Shown: positions 14,505 through 27,769 of the stretch, piece after piece
How positions within the stretch are numbered: position 1 is the first letter of the stretch
Layout: each line of letters starts with the position of its first letter
Notes under the pieces: model-generated
The model's database searches: none
The model's input: only the letters and a program-made list of their open reading frames with translations
What the model was told of the DNA's origin: nothing
Position numbers and translations under genes: made by a program
NCBI RefSeq assembly: GCF_009834535.1
Contig: NC_045697.1
Location: 50,656,001 to 50,720,000, forward strand
From: Camelus ferus
Taxonomy: Eukaryota
Direction: 5' to 3'
DNA: 64,000 nt

Positions 14505-14592
14505 GGGGAGGGAAATAGCTCAGTGGTAGAGTGTGTGCTTAGCATGCACAAGGTCCTGGGTTCAGTTCCCAGTATCTCCATTAAAAAGAGAA
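14505..14592 (+). mobile_element. tRNA-derived camelid-type SINE (Vic-1-like)
   Basis: ggggagggaaatagctcagtggtagagtgtgtgcttagcatgcacaaggtcctgggttcagttccccag-type body with A-rich tail. Confidence 0.8.
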
Positions 14593-14619
14593 AGAACTCA
14601 TTAATAGGCGTTTCCTTTC

Positions 14620-16080
14620 TTAACCTCAGAAAGCTATAAAATATCCACAGTAAATATTATACCTAGTGGTGAAATGTTTAAGAGGTTTATTGAGAACGAA
14701 ACAAGAGAACCTGCTATGATCCTTCATTCAAGCTTATACTGAAATGTTTAACTTGTGCAGGAAGGTTAGAAAAAATGGAACAGTCACTAGTAGCAGATGA
14801 CATAATTATCTCTGTAGAAAACGCAAAATAATTTACAGATTCATAAGGAGAAGGCTGATGGATACAAAACTAATTTACAAAAATCAGAAAATGCAGTTTT
14901 AAAGACAACATTTACAATAGCATCCAGACGCAAAAGTCTCTGGAAGTAAATGTTATTCAAAGACCTCACTTTCTGGACCACATCAAGGTCACAAATGTAA
15001 GATTTTCTATTTTAAAGGTGCATCAAATATCCCTACTCAAACTGATCTATAATTCAAAACACTTTCATTCAAAATCCACATATTGACAAACTGATTTTAA
15101 GATGTATATGAAAGAACTAAGAAGAGCTAAGACATTCCTAAAGAAGAAAAATGATGTTGGGGGACTTGCCTTTACACTTATCAAGAGTTTTTGTAATGCT
15201 ACAGTGGTAAAGATGGTATGGTTCTGATGTCAGATAAATATATTGATCCATGGGGGAAAAAAAAGAAAAAAAACAGAGTCCAGAAACAAACCCTTACTTT
15301 TACTTCTCTTGATTTATGACAGAGATTGGGAAATGATGGACTTTTTTTTTTTTATAAATAGTACTGGGACAATTGGTTATCCATATGTGAAAAGTAAAAA
15401 TTGACTTTCTATTCATATCATAGAGAATAATCAATTCTGAGTTCTGAATACAAAAGATAAAACTATCCAATTTTTAGAAGTCAATACAAAAGATTATTTT
15501 TATGACTTTGAGCATAGCTATTAAAAAGTTACATTATAAAAATCTGTTTTACAATACCACAGATACAACTTTTTGCCATACATATGGTGACAAATGATTC
15601 ATATACAAAATATATGTTTTTTAAAAAACTTTTATGAAATAGCAAATGGGATAACAGAAAAAAATTGACAAAAGAAATACAATTTCACAGAGGATCAAAT
15701 CCAAATAGTTTATATGCATATGAAAAGATATTCAGTCTCACTTGTAATAAAGGAAAAGCAAATTAAAAGCACAATAAGATACTGTTATACAGTAATTTGA
15801 TTTTCCACAATTTAAGAAGTCTGACAATTCCAAGTACTGGCCAGTAGGTGGAGGAAGAGGAACTGTCATGAGTTGCCTGCAGGTGGAATTAATCAGTACT
15901 ACCATTAGGAAAATAGTGTTACTTGGCGAAGTTGAAGATGTGTAAACTGTATGAGCCAGTAATTCCCCTCCTACATATATATTCTAGAGTATCTCTTACA
16001 CATGTGTAGCTGGAGACGAGTACAAAAATGCTGCATTTTTCTTAATAGCAAAACGTTAAGCAACCCAAATTTAAGTCAAT
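14620..16080 (+). mobile_element. Ancient degraded L1 ORF2 3' fragment
   Basis: A-rich sequence with L1 landmarks (acatttacaatagcatc, atgaaaagatattcagtctcacttgtaat, gtatgagccagtaattcccctcct). Confidence 0.65.
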
Positions 16081-19000
16081 GTAGCCCACCACTATATTGG
16101 ATTAACAATTCAAAATTGGTAGAAATGATTAAGGAGAAATCACAAAAGAGATTTCACATCTAATTATCATGTGAATAAATGTTCATTGAATGAAACAGTT
16201 AATTTTCTGCTTATATTGCTTATCCTGATGACAATAAAAACCTAAGGAATGGGTTTTTGATCTAGCATGTCTAACACTGTTCCATTGTAGTAGCTCAGTA
16301 ATGCATGTTTATTATGACATTGGCTAACGATTTACAGTTTTTACTTCACTTAAAGTCAAACAAAAAGTCTCTTTAGATCTAGTTCTTCTTTTATGAAACT
16401 TCCAATAGATAAAAGAAAAAGAAAAATGTCTATGAGGTTACAGTAGGCACCTCTGTTTTCAGACCTTGGTGGATGCAACACTATAGTAGGCTTTATGCAC
16501 TGCAATCTCAAGATTAATTTTTATTGCTTTCTCTCTCTTTGTTGAAGAATAAAACAAGAAGCTTATCAAAGGAGTATTTGTCAGTTTTAAAATAAGTCAA
16601 TAGGGAAGTAGAATTTATTTTTCTAGTTTATTTTATTTGGGAGGGATGGGGAGTGCAGAATGTAATACGTTTGTTAAAAGAGAGAATTTTGCCTTATTAT
16701 TTCCTAGGGGTGGAGCTATGAAACTTTGAAGGATCCAATGCCATTTTCAGTTAATGATAATTTGAAGAATATTGTCATGAGGAAGTCTGTACATCTTTTG
16801 AAAAATTAATATGGAAATTAATATGCTTTACTATGTCTTTGCCTTTTATGTCCACTTGCATGATCACATTTAAAGTCTTAATGGAATCTGCTGTCTATTG
16901 ATAAATTAATAATTCCTGTCCTACCAAGAGTATGTTAAGTTTCAAAGCTGTAATGACTAAATTACTAACAGTGAAATATGAGCTCAAATTCTGTTAATTG
17001 TTCTATTAAATGGCCTTGGTTATGTCATATTCAACACATTTTTTCTGCATCAATAAACAAACCACTTAACTGAATAATTAATACAATTGTTGACACAGGG
17101 CCACTTTACAGATAACCTCAATAATCAGAATATCTCATTTGCTTTCATTGAAGAAGATAACATTGAATTGAGTCTGTAAAGATGAATATACATATATAAG
17201 TATAACTGAATCACTTTGCTGCACACCTGAAACTAACACAGCATTATAAATTAACTATACTTCAATTAAAAAAAAAGACGAATAGAAACTCAGCGTTAAG
17301 AGAAAGAACTGATAAACACTGTAAACAGAATTATGCTTCAAGAGGTACAGCTTTGTGACAGGGAATGACATATTAGGAAATAAGTCTCAACATGTATTTA
17401 GATTAAAATGACTGTAACATTCAACTGACTGCTGGGTTCTTGGCCTTCATGCCAAGCAAAAAACTGCCACAATGAATCAGAAACACTATTCAGACATGAT
17501 CTTAAATTCCTTGAATTTCAATTGTCTATGCACCACGTGGAGGTGATCAAATTATGTGCTATCAGAGCTTTGATTCAATGCCAGATTGATAGTATATTTA
17601 ATTTGTAGTAAGCTCTAAATTCTTAATATTGTAAGATGATCAAATCTTCAGGTTTATAAGATCATCTACCACATTACCATGATCTTCCAGCTGCTCAGAG
17701 GGCTATATGCATAAATTTGTAAGTTACTTTAAATACTCCATTTTGACCTATGTCTTATATTTCTCTCCTCAAAAATAATTATTTATTCTGACATAGATAC
17801 CACACATTGTCCTAAAAGTAACCACCATTTGTTGCGTTTTGCTTTATGCCAGTGCTGCTTTACATGCTTGTGGTGTATATTCTTGAAACCTTTCAACAAT
17901 GTTACAAGGCATGTTTTTATTTTACTGATGAGGAAATTGAAACTCAGAGGAGGTAAATAATCTGGCAAGGTCACAAAAAGAGAAAGGTAATTATTTTTTT
18001 CTTTCAAATGTGTTTGGCCAATGCCCATAACTTTGCTTTAGTCCACCCTGCAGTGGCCCACAGTGAGGGGTCTGGGAAGAAACCTGAGAAGCAGAGGGAA
18101 TTGGTGGTTCTACAACGTGCCGTGCTCTAGATGATGCTAGAGTCAGAGGTCAGCCACAGTCCTCTGAGGGTGATGTGAACTGGACTAATGTTCAAGAACC
18201 TTGCTTCTCTTTCTTCTTCTGTGTCAGCTGTATTAGGGCACTGGCTGGGTGGTTCTGTGCATGTGTAGGTTTTGTGGCCCACTGAGCAGATTTCTTTGAG
18301 CTCTAACTTGCTGTTCTGGGTGCAAGTCCATCTGATCTGTTCATGACGGCCCTGATCATCTCGTTTTCTTTTCACAGGACTCCTAAAAGTAAAAGGCACA
18401 CCCCTAATCATCTGCTGCTACCATTCTGAAAGCAGAGGATAAAATGTTTCCACAGAGGTACCACACACAGGTGAAGATAAAGTTCGGGATGTGAGCTGGT
18501 GGACTTAATAAGGCACTTGCACAAGGGCTCTGTTTTATGGGAAATATAGAATAAAACAGGACTCTTACCTTGTAATTTTCCTGTTCCAGCAGAGAAAACA
18601 TTTCCCCATCTTGCTATTACAGAACCTCCATCTCTCCTCTCTCGCACATCTGGCTAATTTCTGAAAGTCTCTGGAGGATATCTCAAGAGAACTCTCAAAT
18701 AAGTAATCATAATCATGGAGTGGGATCACCCATTATTCCTTTTCTTCTGCTCTGGCTCCTTTGCCCAGGAAACTTCTGGCACTGCTGCCATTATGGTATC
18801 CTGCTGGCTTCTCAAGTTCAGCTGGTAATACTGTGTCACACTGTTCTAACTGATCTGCTTATGCAGAGAACATCTCTTTCCTGCCATCATCAACCTGTGA
18901 CCATCCTTTCAAATACCTGTCTTCTACTTCCTACCTTATTGTTCCTAGTGGAGGGCTGCCTTCTTCTCCAAAGACTTCCAGACATGGTTCTGACTCTTGA

Positions 19001-19346
19001 CATTTATGCTTGCTCCAGGACTGCGTTATTATCTGTGAGAGCAAGCCAGAGGACCAACGATAAATGCAGACCCAGATCTTCCTCCTCCTCTTCCAATCAT
19101 TCATGTCTTCCCTCTAGTTATGTAATAAATATATTTTTGTTCTCTGAAGCTTTCTAGTAGCAATCTGGAGAAAATACCTAAATCTGCTTCTTCTTAACTG
19201 ACAAACATTAATAATAGTTGCATTTATTGAATATTAGCCAGTCCTGATACCATTTTGGCTCCATCCACAATCTCCAATTCCCCTTCTATAACATAACATT
19301 CATTAACCTAATCAAAATTGCTTTTGGCACTGAAATCCAAATACCC

Positions 19347-20388
19347 TGTGGAAGTTTGAATGATAGCTCCCCAGAGATACCCTTGTCTTAATCCCCGGAA
19401 ACTGAGAACATGTTATCTTCCATTTTAGAAGGACCTTTACAGATGTGATTAAATTACAGACCTCACAATGGAAAGATTATCCTGTGTTACCCAGATGGAC
19501 TGATAGAATCACTAAGATTCTTACAAAAGGGATGCAGAAAAAGTCAGAATCAGACAGAAGGTGATGTGACAGAGCAGAAGGACAGAAAGTGTCAGGTAAG
19601 GAGAAATTTTCCTCTACCCTTGTAAATTCTTCTGGCTGATCTAAGATTTAAGTTGACATAAGACAGATTAAGAGAAGAAAGTCAAACAAAAGTTTAATAA
19701 TACATATCATGGGAGAGACACAGGAAAACCAAGTAAAATGGCCAAAGTCCTCGCCTTAAATACCATCTTCAGCTAAAGACAAGAGAGGATGTTAGGGGTA
19801 ATGGTCTGAGACTTCAAGGGGGGAAAAGGCAATTTACCTGGAGATGGAAAAGCAAATGTTTGGTAAACAATACTTACTGGGCCTTGCAGAGACAATGGGA
19901 CAGAGTGGACTCTGATCTCAAGGCCCTGACTAGAGTTTCCCCCACCACTCCTGGCCCATTTTCTTTGCAGATATCTCTGGTGATATCTCTATTATGAGAA
20001 CAGGTCCTTTATCTAAATTACTTTAGGCAAGTAAGAGGGAAGTAACAAGAAAAACTTTTTGAGCCTTCTGTTTATTAAAAATAATCAGAAAAGAGATACG
20101 TTTTGCTGCCCTAAAAAAGAGACTTGAAGAGGCTATGTTGATAGCTTTGAAGATGCAGGAAGATGACTGTGAACTATGGAGTATAAATGGCCTCTGCTAA
20201 CTAAATCGATCAGAGCAATGGAGTCCCCTCGGGCCTCCAGAAGGAGATAGCCTTGTGGACACCTTGACTTTAGCCCAGTAGAACAAATTTTGATTTTCTG
20301 ACCTCCAGAACTGTAAGAGAATAAGTCTGTGTTCTTTAAAACTACTAAATTTGCAATAATTTGTTGCACCAGCAATAGAAAACCCAAG
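19347..20388 (+). mobile_element. MaLR LTR (MLT1C/D-type) interrupted by a younger ERV-type LTR at ~19590-20113
   Basis: MLT 5' part (gacctttacagatgtgattaaatta...gattatcctg) and 3' part (gctttgaagatg...gacaccttgactttagcccagt...gacctccagaactgtaagagaataa) are separated by ~520 bp of unrelated LTR-like sequence. Confidence 0.72.
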
Positions 20389-20449
20389 TGCTGGGTATTC
20401 AGGGGAGGGGGAAAAGGTTAAGGAGTAAAAAAGAAATCTAAGCAAGAAA

Positions 20450-21158
20450 TTTTTGTAAAAAGCTTTATTTTCATGTTATTTGTAAAAATACATCAAAAAA
20501 ATATTTAAACTTCTCTATTCCAAGAGAGAGAGAGAAAATCATTGCATAATTAACACTACACAAGGCATTATGCCTTACAAGGAAGACATAAAATGTCCAA
20601 GGGATATTCAGAATACTGTCTATTTAAAAGCTTCAGCATCAGAAATGTTGACCACATGCTATGAAATTGTTTCAATAAATAACAACTGACAATCTTCTCA
20701 TCAGGACAGATAATAATGTACACATACATTCCCCTAACTTAACAGTGATCTATTTGCTTGGATTCCCCCACTATTGTTTCCAGCCTTTACCAAAGTGGAT
20801 GGTACAGTATGGTACCCCCTAGCCACTCCCCCCCAAGTAGTTTAATGAATGAACATTTAAAACATAGCATCTTCAAATTAAATAATAGAACTGAACTTTG
20901 AACATAAAAATTATCTTTTTAAATAACAGTACAGAAAATTGCCAAACACATTCATATCTTTAAATATTAGATAGAACATCAATATACAAGCTTTGAAAAA
21001 TAAATAAATACATACAAATAAATAGAAAACTCTCATAAGAAATAGCCAAACACATTAAATGCAGTCTAGGTGGCCCCAGGAGCTATTCCTTTCTCTTCAT
21101 TCACTCCAATTCCACTAGGGCTCAGCAGTAGCCAGTAAGCTTCCTCTTTCTCTCCAGA
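20450..21158 (-). other. GRO-A 3'UTR with AU-rich elements and poly(A) signal
   Basis: UAUUUAU repeats at ~20998-21025. AATAAA at 20469-20464 (plus-strand tttatt). Distal block is homologous to the GRO-B 3'UTR and resembles recalled GRO 3'UTRs. Confidence 0.85.
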
Positions 21159-21174
21159 TCAGTTGGTGCTGCCC
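21159..21174 (-). CDS. CXCL2: GRO-A exon 4 coding part (K-GSTN-stop); complete protein 104 aa
   Basis: Acceptor tcatcacag|G GGC AGC ACC AAC TGA. Exon sum 91+124+84+16=315 nt. Confidence 0.9.
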
Positions 21175-21956
21175 CTGTGATGAGAAAATAGTTACTGTTA
21201 GTAGGACTCAAAAAATTGACCTCATAGCCTTATACCAAGTAGTTGCTACCTAGACCACTGCTGCCTTGTGTGGCAGAAAATGCCAGGCTCCTAGATGCCA
21301 TTTAATTAGGAATAAGGAGCCTGTGGTCACAATCTTATTATTAGCTTCAAAAAAAAAACAGAAAGCAATGGAATTAAAAAAAAAAAAAAGTACATGCATG
21401 ACATCACTTAAGCCTGATAGCAAACCCCGTGCAGTCGCTGCTATTACTTTCCCCATGTTATTGAGACTTAAAGAGGTTAAATACTTTCCTTGGGGTTACA
21501 GGAACAATAAAATGTGGAAACTAAACCTATGGGGTGGGGGTTGGTTTTCACTGCAAAGTCCTCCCTCTTCACCACTAAGCTTGAGAGGTGTGTGTTGCTC
21601 AAAACCAAGGGTTCTACTTTTCAGGTCTGAAACCCATAGGAGACAGACCTAAACAATATCTGTTCCTTAATGCGTAGGCAGCATTTTAGCATCATTGGCT
21701 AAATCTACTTAATCTTTCAGGAACATACATTTACCCACATTCACCGGGGATGGAGAGGGGGATGAGGCACTGGAAATATCCTTCTGGCGCCAGAGCAGAT
21801 TCATGACCTTAATGGCAAATTTAATTGTGAAATAATAATGATTTTCAGCCCTGCAGCTAAACCCTAAGGTTCTCTGATACAGTTTTCAGAAGGTAATATG
21901 TCTGTATTTGTGACCAATTGCTCTAGCCGTACGTGCAAATATAAACCATAACTCAC

Positions 21957-22040
21957 TTGTTTAGCATCTTGTCGACTATTTTCTTAACCATGGGGGCTGC
22001 GGGGTTGAGACAAGCTTCCTGGCCATTCTTGAGAGTGGCT
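21957..22040 (-). CDS. CXCL2: GRO-A exon 3
   Basis: 84 nt, [28 protein letters not shown], canonical cag| and |gtgagt sites. Confidence 0.95.
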
Positions 22041-22147
22041 CTGCAGAGAGAGGGGAGACCACGTGAGGCCGGAGGTCGGGCTGGGGGTCAGGGTGGGGGG
22101 ACAGGGAGGGTAGCGGTGACAAGGACCGCAGCAGCGGCGGCACTTAC

Positions 22148-22271
22148 ATGACTTCCGTTTGGCCACAGTGGGGTCCCGGGGCCGTCACCTTCACGCTCTG
22201 GATGTTCTTGAAGTGAATTCCCTGCAAGGTCTGCAAGCAGTGGCAGCGCAGTTCGGTGACCACAGGCACCC
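22148..22271 (-). CDS. CXCL2: GRO-A exon 2 (ELR motif, CXC)
   Basis: Acceptor tctctgcag|, 124 nt, [41 protein letters not shown], donor AT|gtaagt. Confidence 0.95.
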
Positions 22272-22366
22272 CTGCAGAGAGAGCAGACTCGGTTAGGGGG
22301 CCGTCCGGGGATGGGCGCCCAGCCACCCGCCCACCCGCCCCGGCGATGCCGGGCGCCGCGTCTCAC

Positions 22367-22457
22367 CTGCTGCGCGCCGGCCGGCGGCCACCAGGAGCAG
22401 GAGCAGCAGCGCGGCGCGGAGGAGCCGGGGGGCGGCGGGGGTCGCGGTGCGGGCCAT
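22367..22457 (-). CDS. CXCL2: GRO-A (GRO-family ELR+ CXC chemokine, CXCL2-like by position and 3'UTR) exon 1, signal peptide
   Basis: ATG 22457; [31 protein letters not shown], 91 nt, donor G|gtgaga. The CXCL1/2/3 name is tentative because GRO orthology is not 1:1. Confidence 0.93.
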
Positions 22458-22538
22458 GGGGCTCAGCTCGGAGGGTCTCTGTCTGCGGCGGTTGAGCTGG
22501 CGAATCGGATTCTGTGACTCCCCGGGGCGGTCGAACGC

Positions 22539-22650
22539 CTTTTATCCTGATGGGACGGGAACCCGCAGCCCCAGGCAGGGAAATCCCCTGACGCACGGGT
22601 CGTTCCGCGGTGCGGAAGGAAGACGCGGCCCCGCCCGGGCCCCGCCCGCC
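22539..22650 (-). promoter_or_regulatory. GRO-A proximal promoter: variant TATA (GATAAAA ~22545-22539), NF-kB site GGGGATTTCC (22588-22579), Sp1 boxes
   Basis: Motifs read directly from the sequence, in the order typical of GRO promoters, within a CpG island ~22050-22720. Confidence 0.8.
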
Positions 22651-24411
22651 CCACTCCCGCATAATCCGGGGACCCCGGGGTGTGGCCTCCCCACGGGGGA
22701 ATGAGTCGCCGTGCAAGATGTGGTGTCAGACCTTAGAGACAGGTGTCGTGATGAACGTTAGTTATTAAGATTGGGGGAATTAAGGAGAGAGAGGAGGGGA
22801 AAATCAGAGAGAACTGATTTTCCATGTGTTACTTACGCATTAAGAACCTTGGGACTTGATTTTACTCGTATTTGCATAAATAACAGTTAAAATACATGCC
22901 ACCTCAAATTATACATAAGGAAGTTCCCCTACTTCGTGGTATTTTGAAAGCACGAATAAATCACACTTTGTGTCATATCGTCTCGCACTGGTGACGGGAT
23001 GACAAACATCAAAAGTTTAATTCAGTGTTTAAAATAGAACATAGTGTCGTGTTGTAATCCTACCCCTGTGAAATTCTGGAACTTCCAGAGCTCGAGTAAA
23101 TCCACGAATACCACCTTTTTGGTATAGAGGGTGTTGATTAATCCATGAAATGAGGGGTTGGTGGTCATTTGGAGCTGCTCTGAGAGGGACAGCTGCGTTG
23201 GGCTCACGGGTCCACGGTTTCCAGTTTTGTCCAAGCACAGAATAGGTCATAGGGACCGGAAGCAGTTGTCTAACGTGAGTAGTAGCGCCCTTTGCTCGCC
23301 TAAGCAGCAGAAAAACGTGCTCCTGTAAAGTATCTAAGAGCTAGATCATGAATCTAATTTCATTTCCTTGTTTTATGGCTACAAATCTCATTTCATTTCC
23401 AAGTTATATGGACTTTCCTGCTTCCAGTGATCTGATTTCCTCTCTAGAGAAATAATTGCAGTCATATTTTATTTCTACTGCTTTCTAATAAGACATTTCA
23501 AGCTGGTAACTGGAGCCTTTGTCATTGCGTAGTTATTTTTCATTCTTAGTTTTAATGTCCTTTCTTGGATTATACTCAGATAGGTTTCAGATGGTTTAGG
23601 AGTGATTCTGGATGCAGATCTGTGAGAGGGGTGGGGATACCCACCAGGTGGGAAGCATGAGCAGGGAAAGGATGCTGGAGAGGTGGGTGAAGGCACAGAG
23701 AAGGACTCTGCCCCATATGCCAGGATAGGAATTACAGTGCTCCCGATAACTGACATGACATTTAACCTGTCTGTGCCTTAGTTTATCTGTAAAATGGAAA
23801 TTAAAGGTACTTTCCACTTCAACAGGTTGTTATGATGAATAAATGTGTAAACATTTGAAAATACCAGTACATATTAAAAGCTATAAATAATAAATAAATT
23901 AATTAATTAAATAGAAGTTGCTTTTCCATATTACTAAACTGAAACTAACCTGGGGATAAGATCTTCATACAAAGAGAACAGAATTATTGCAAACAAAACA
24001 AAACAAACAACAAAACCCCACAAAATCCTACAGCATAAAATATTTATTTTTTTTTTCTTAAGAGAAAACTTAGAATGTTTTGTTGTCTAGTTTAATTGTT
24101 GGGTAATTCTATAATTCTAGTTTTAGTCATTTCAACTACAGAATGTGAATAAAGTTAAAGATGTCCTATCTTGATTATTAGAGATTGTGAATGACTAGAT
24201 TATGAATAAAGATTTGTCTTTACATTTTATTTGTCAGTAATCATCTGTACAAGTCCTGAGAAAAAGAACAGACTATTTATTTATTTTTTAAAAAGGAGTA
24301 GGAAATGCAGGATGACCTAAAGCTTCTAAAACATGAGTTATCTCAGAAATAATTGAGAATTTGTTTAGATCCTATTGGTATTCTTATTTTGGGGGGATTC
24401 TTTTGGAAATA

Positions 24412-24970
24412 CAATTGAATCTTGAACAACGTGGGTGTGAACTGCACAGATCCATATATATGTGAATTGTTTTCAATAAATATACTGGAAAATATTTTGG
24501 AGATTTGTGGCAATTTGAAAAAAACTCAAAGTCTAAACATGTCACCCAGAAATATCGAAAAAATTAAGAAAAAGTTTTATATGTCATGAATGTGTAGAAT
24601 ACATGTACATACTAGTCTATTCTTATATAGGCATAAGGTGAGTAATATTTAATATAAAATTAACGTGTTAATTTTCTTACTGTTTTATAACTTTGCTTTC
24701 AAAGAATTTCATTACCCTACAGCATGCCTTTCTCTTTTTGTTGGAGAAACTGTGTATCATCAGCCTGTCATCACAGGTAAATTTTTGAAAAAATGTTTCC
24801 ACTCCTATGTTATGAATTTGACTGTAGTACTACAGGTGTAAAATTTTTATAGCGATTCATTTATTAGTGCACAGGCTAGGCTACCGTGAAGCAATCGTAT
24901 CAATAATACTAGGGTACCATAAAACAGCCCGTTTCCTTCTTCATTATCAATGCATTAATCGAATCATTTT
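24412..24970 (+). mobile_element. Tigger2-type DNA transposon fragment
   Basis: Begins TA|caattgaatcttgaacaacgtgggtgtgaactgcacagatcca, resembling the Tigger2 terminal sequence. Right boundary approximate. Confidence 0.65.
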
Positions 24971-27769
24971 TTCAGCGTCCCTAGTAACTGACATATTTTA
25001 TATGCTTACAAGATGCTGAGTAACCATGAAGTGCTGTCATAAATATCATTTTCATGTAACAGACAATATTCTGAATCTCTTACATATGTATAAAACCCAC
25101 TTCATTTTCTCAGCTGCCCCGTGAAGTAGTTACTGGTCTTTTTTTCTCCAGTTTTTCTCCACAAGGAAACTAAGCAAGTTGCCAAGGTTTCACAGTTAAT
25201 ATAATTTCAAATTTGCGCTGCAGGCAGTGTAGCATTAGCCACTCCACAATAAAAAAAAAATTTTTTTTTTCTGGATACAAATGAGAGATAACTTCAGAAG
25301 AGCAGTTTTGTTTTGTTTAAATATGTTCATTATCCTCATTGGTTGAATAGTTCAACTCCACCTTTCCAAAGCTTAAAATAACAAACTGTTCAAAAGTCTC
25401 CAGTGTTTTATTTTACTAATAGTGAGAATCTTATTTTGTGGCATGAATATTATCAACTTAATTTTAAAATCCATGTCTATTCGTCTATTTGATTTTCCAA
25501 ATCAATGAACTTCACCTTCAGAATCGGGTCAGTGGGAATGAAGATTCTACCCTTAGAGCTTGCCAGAAGGGGCACTGAGCATATTAATCAGCTCTTATTT
25601 ACTGAAATAAGAATCATAGTTTTCTTCTGACCCAGTTTGGGTCATATTTTAATATCTGAAATATTTTGCCTTTAGCATTCAGGCTACTCAGATATTTTCT
25701 CTCTTTATGACTTAAGAAAACAGAGAATATTTGCTCTAATGCTTTCCAGATCTAACCCAGAGTATTGGCGTAAGCCAGTACTCAGGGTGAATGAATAGAA
25801 TGTCAAAAAATTTACAGTGGTAGCCAAAAAGGATGAAACATTTCAAGAAGCAGCCTCGTATTTCTAGAATTATCTATAACTTTGTGCCTAAGACTTATGT
25901 AATAAACATCAATTGCTTATAAAATTAAGTACAAAGGAAAGGGTTTTCTTCTTCTTTAATATATCAACCCACAAATTTCAATCCCTGTTGGCACCCTATT
26001 TATTTTTCAGAAAGTTTAAAAAGCAGCGATGTTCTGAAACCTACTAAAATAATTCAATTCTTTTTTGCTTTAACAAAGATCTTCCGTAACTAATTACTCA
26101 TTTTATGAGGTGAATGGCGAATGTATATGCCCAAACTTTCAGCTAATGCAATCCCCAAGTTTAAAGGAATAGAACTAACCCTAAAATAAAAAGCATTGCT
26201 TGCTAAATTTCATTTTGAGCTACCATATTTACTGCATCTTGCATATTTGATTGACACTGTTTAATCTGCCTTTAGAATGTGGAGTTGCTGCTGCATCCTG
26301 AGACGACAGAGCTGCAGGAATGAGCAGTGCCATGCCCTATTTTGTTGCAATTACTACTTTGGGTAGAATGTCTGACTCAGAGAGGAAAAGAATAAAGAAT
26401 AAAGAATAAAGATGTTGGATCCTTTCACTTCTGAAGTCCAGAGTGTTTCATCCAGTGTCAATGTCATCCATGTGGTCCAGTGCACTTGTCATTTCTGCTT
26501 GCCTTGAGCCCCTTCTTCCTTATTCTGGTTATAAAACCTTGGCTTTCCTGTGGGAACCATCTTTTCTTCCTCCCAATTGAGGTAGCTCAGGTAGGGTGAC
26601 CCTGCTCCAAATTTTCAGGAGTGAGCTGATGTCCCAAAGTAGAGTCAGTCAGTCCTTCCAGTCTGGGTCCAACTCTCAGTCACTCTATGGTACAGAAGTG
26701 GGTGAGTGACGTAAGTCTGACCAAATCAGAAGAATCCCTAGAGTCTTTTTTGTCAGGATATGGTTGGAAAAACAAGCCCTTGATTCCTTCTGGGTCATTA
26801 TATCTGGCAGAACAGAAGCTTGACACTTTGCCAATGCTTGAGAAGATCTTGCCTAAAATGAAGCCAGCTCTGGGAAAAACAGCCTGATCTGGAGTGAGAC
26901 TGTCACTGCAGAGAAGTTTTAAACTGAAGCACTGGGCTTTATCTCATCTCAGTGTTTTAGTTTCACAGGTCAAATGATCCCCCCTCTTCATTTAAGCCAA
27001 TTTGACTTAGGTTTTTGTTACTGACTCCACTTACTGCTGGATTTATCTTACTAACAGAGGGTGTTTCGACTCAGATTTAATTCTTTTCTTTCTCTGTTTG
27101 TTTCAGCATTTTTAGTGATCATTTTTTCTGCAATTTGTAAGGTGGGAATGAATTTTGGTGTCAGGGATATAAAGAGGAATAAGACACTCTGCTAACCTCT
27201 AACTCTTGATGGAGTAAGAGAGATGAATATACAAATAGAAAATGTTTAGAAAGGCCTGGTAAGTATCATGGTAAATTATTCCCAGTGTATTAGGAGCGAG
27301 TCCTGGTACAACTCTTATAGAGTAGGTTTATGAGAGATGTCAGAGAAGTTTTCCTGAAAGAGGTGCTCACTCGTGTGAATCATAAGATGAGGAGTTTTCC
27401 TGTTAAATGGGAATACTGAAGGGTGGAGAACATTCTAGGAGAGGGCAAAGTAAATACTCGGACAGCAAGCAGCTCCTGCAGCTGGAGCTCACTCTGTGAG
27501 CAGGGAGATGGGAGAGACAGTGGCAGGAGAAGGTGGCACGGTTTGGACACTGGAGGCCCGTGGGATCCTGCTTGTCCGTTAAGACCCAGTTTGGATGTTG
27601 CCTCCACTGGGAAGTCTCTACATGCATGTCAAGGTGTTTCCATAGCCCTCTTGCCATGGGGAGGGTGGGAAGTCTCGGGTAACCTAAAGATTCAGGGTAT
27701 GTGCAGAAAGTGAGGGGGTAGTAGATAATGCAAAAACAAAGAATAAACAGAAAATTGAATTAAATAGAG

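Noticed and set aside
14505..14580. tRNA-like sequence (also 12790-12865, 53640-53712, 59725-59800)
   Set aside because: A and B boxes are present, but tails, TSDs and divergence mark these as SINEs, not tRNA genes.
18127..19157. ORFs of 94 and 145 aa and isolated splice-like sites downstream of GRO-A
   Set aside because: No recognisable protein family and no consistent exon chain.
22088..22716. Multiple ORFs over the GRO CpG islands (also 32289-32950)
   Set aside because: Alternative frames and intron read-through of GC-rich exons. Their sharing between paralogues is explained by DNA identity.
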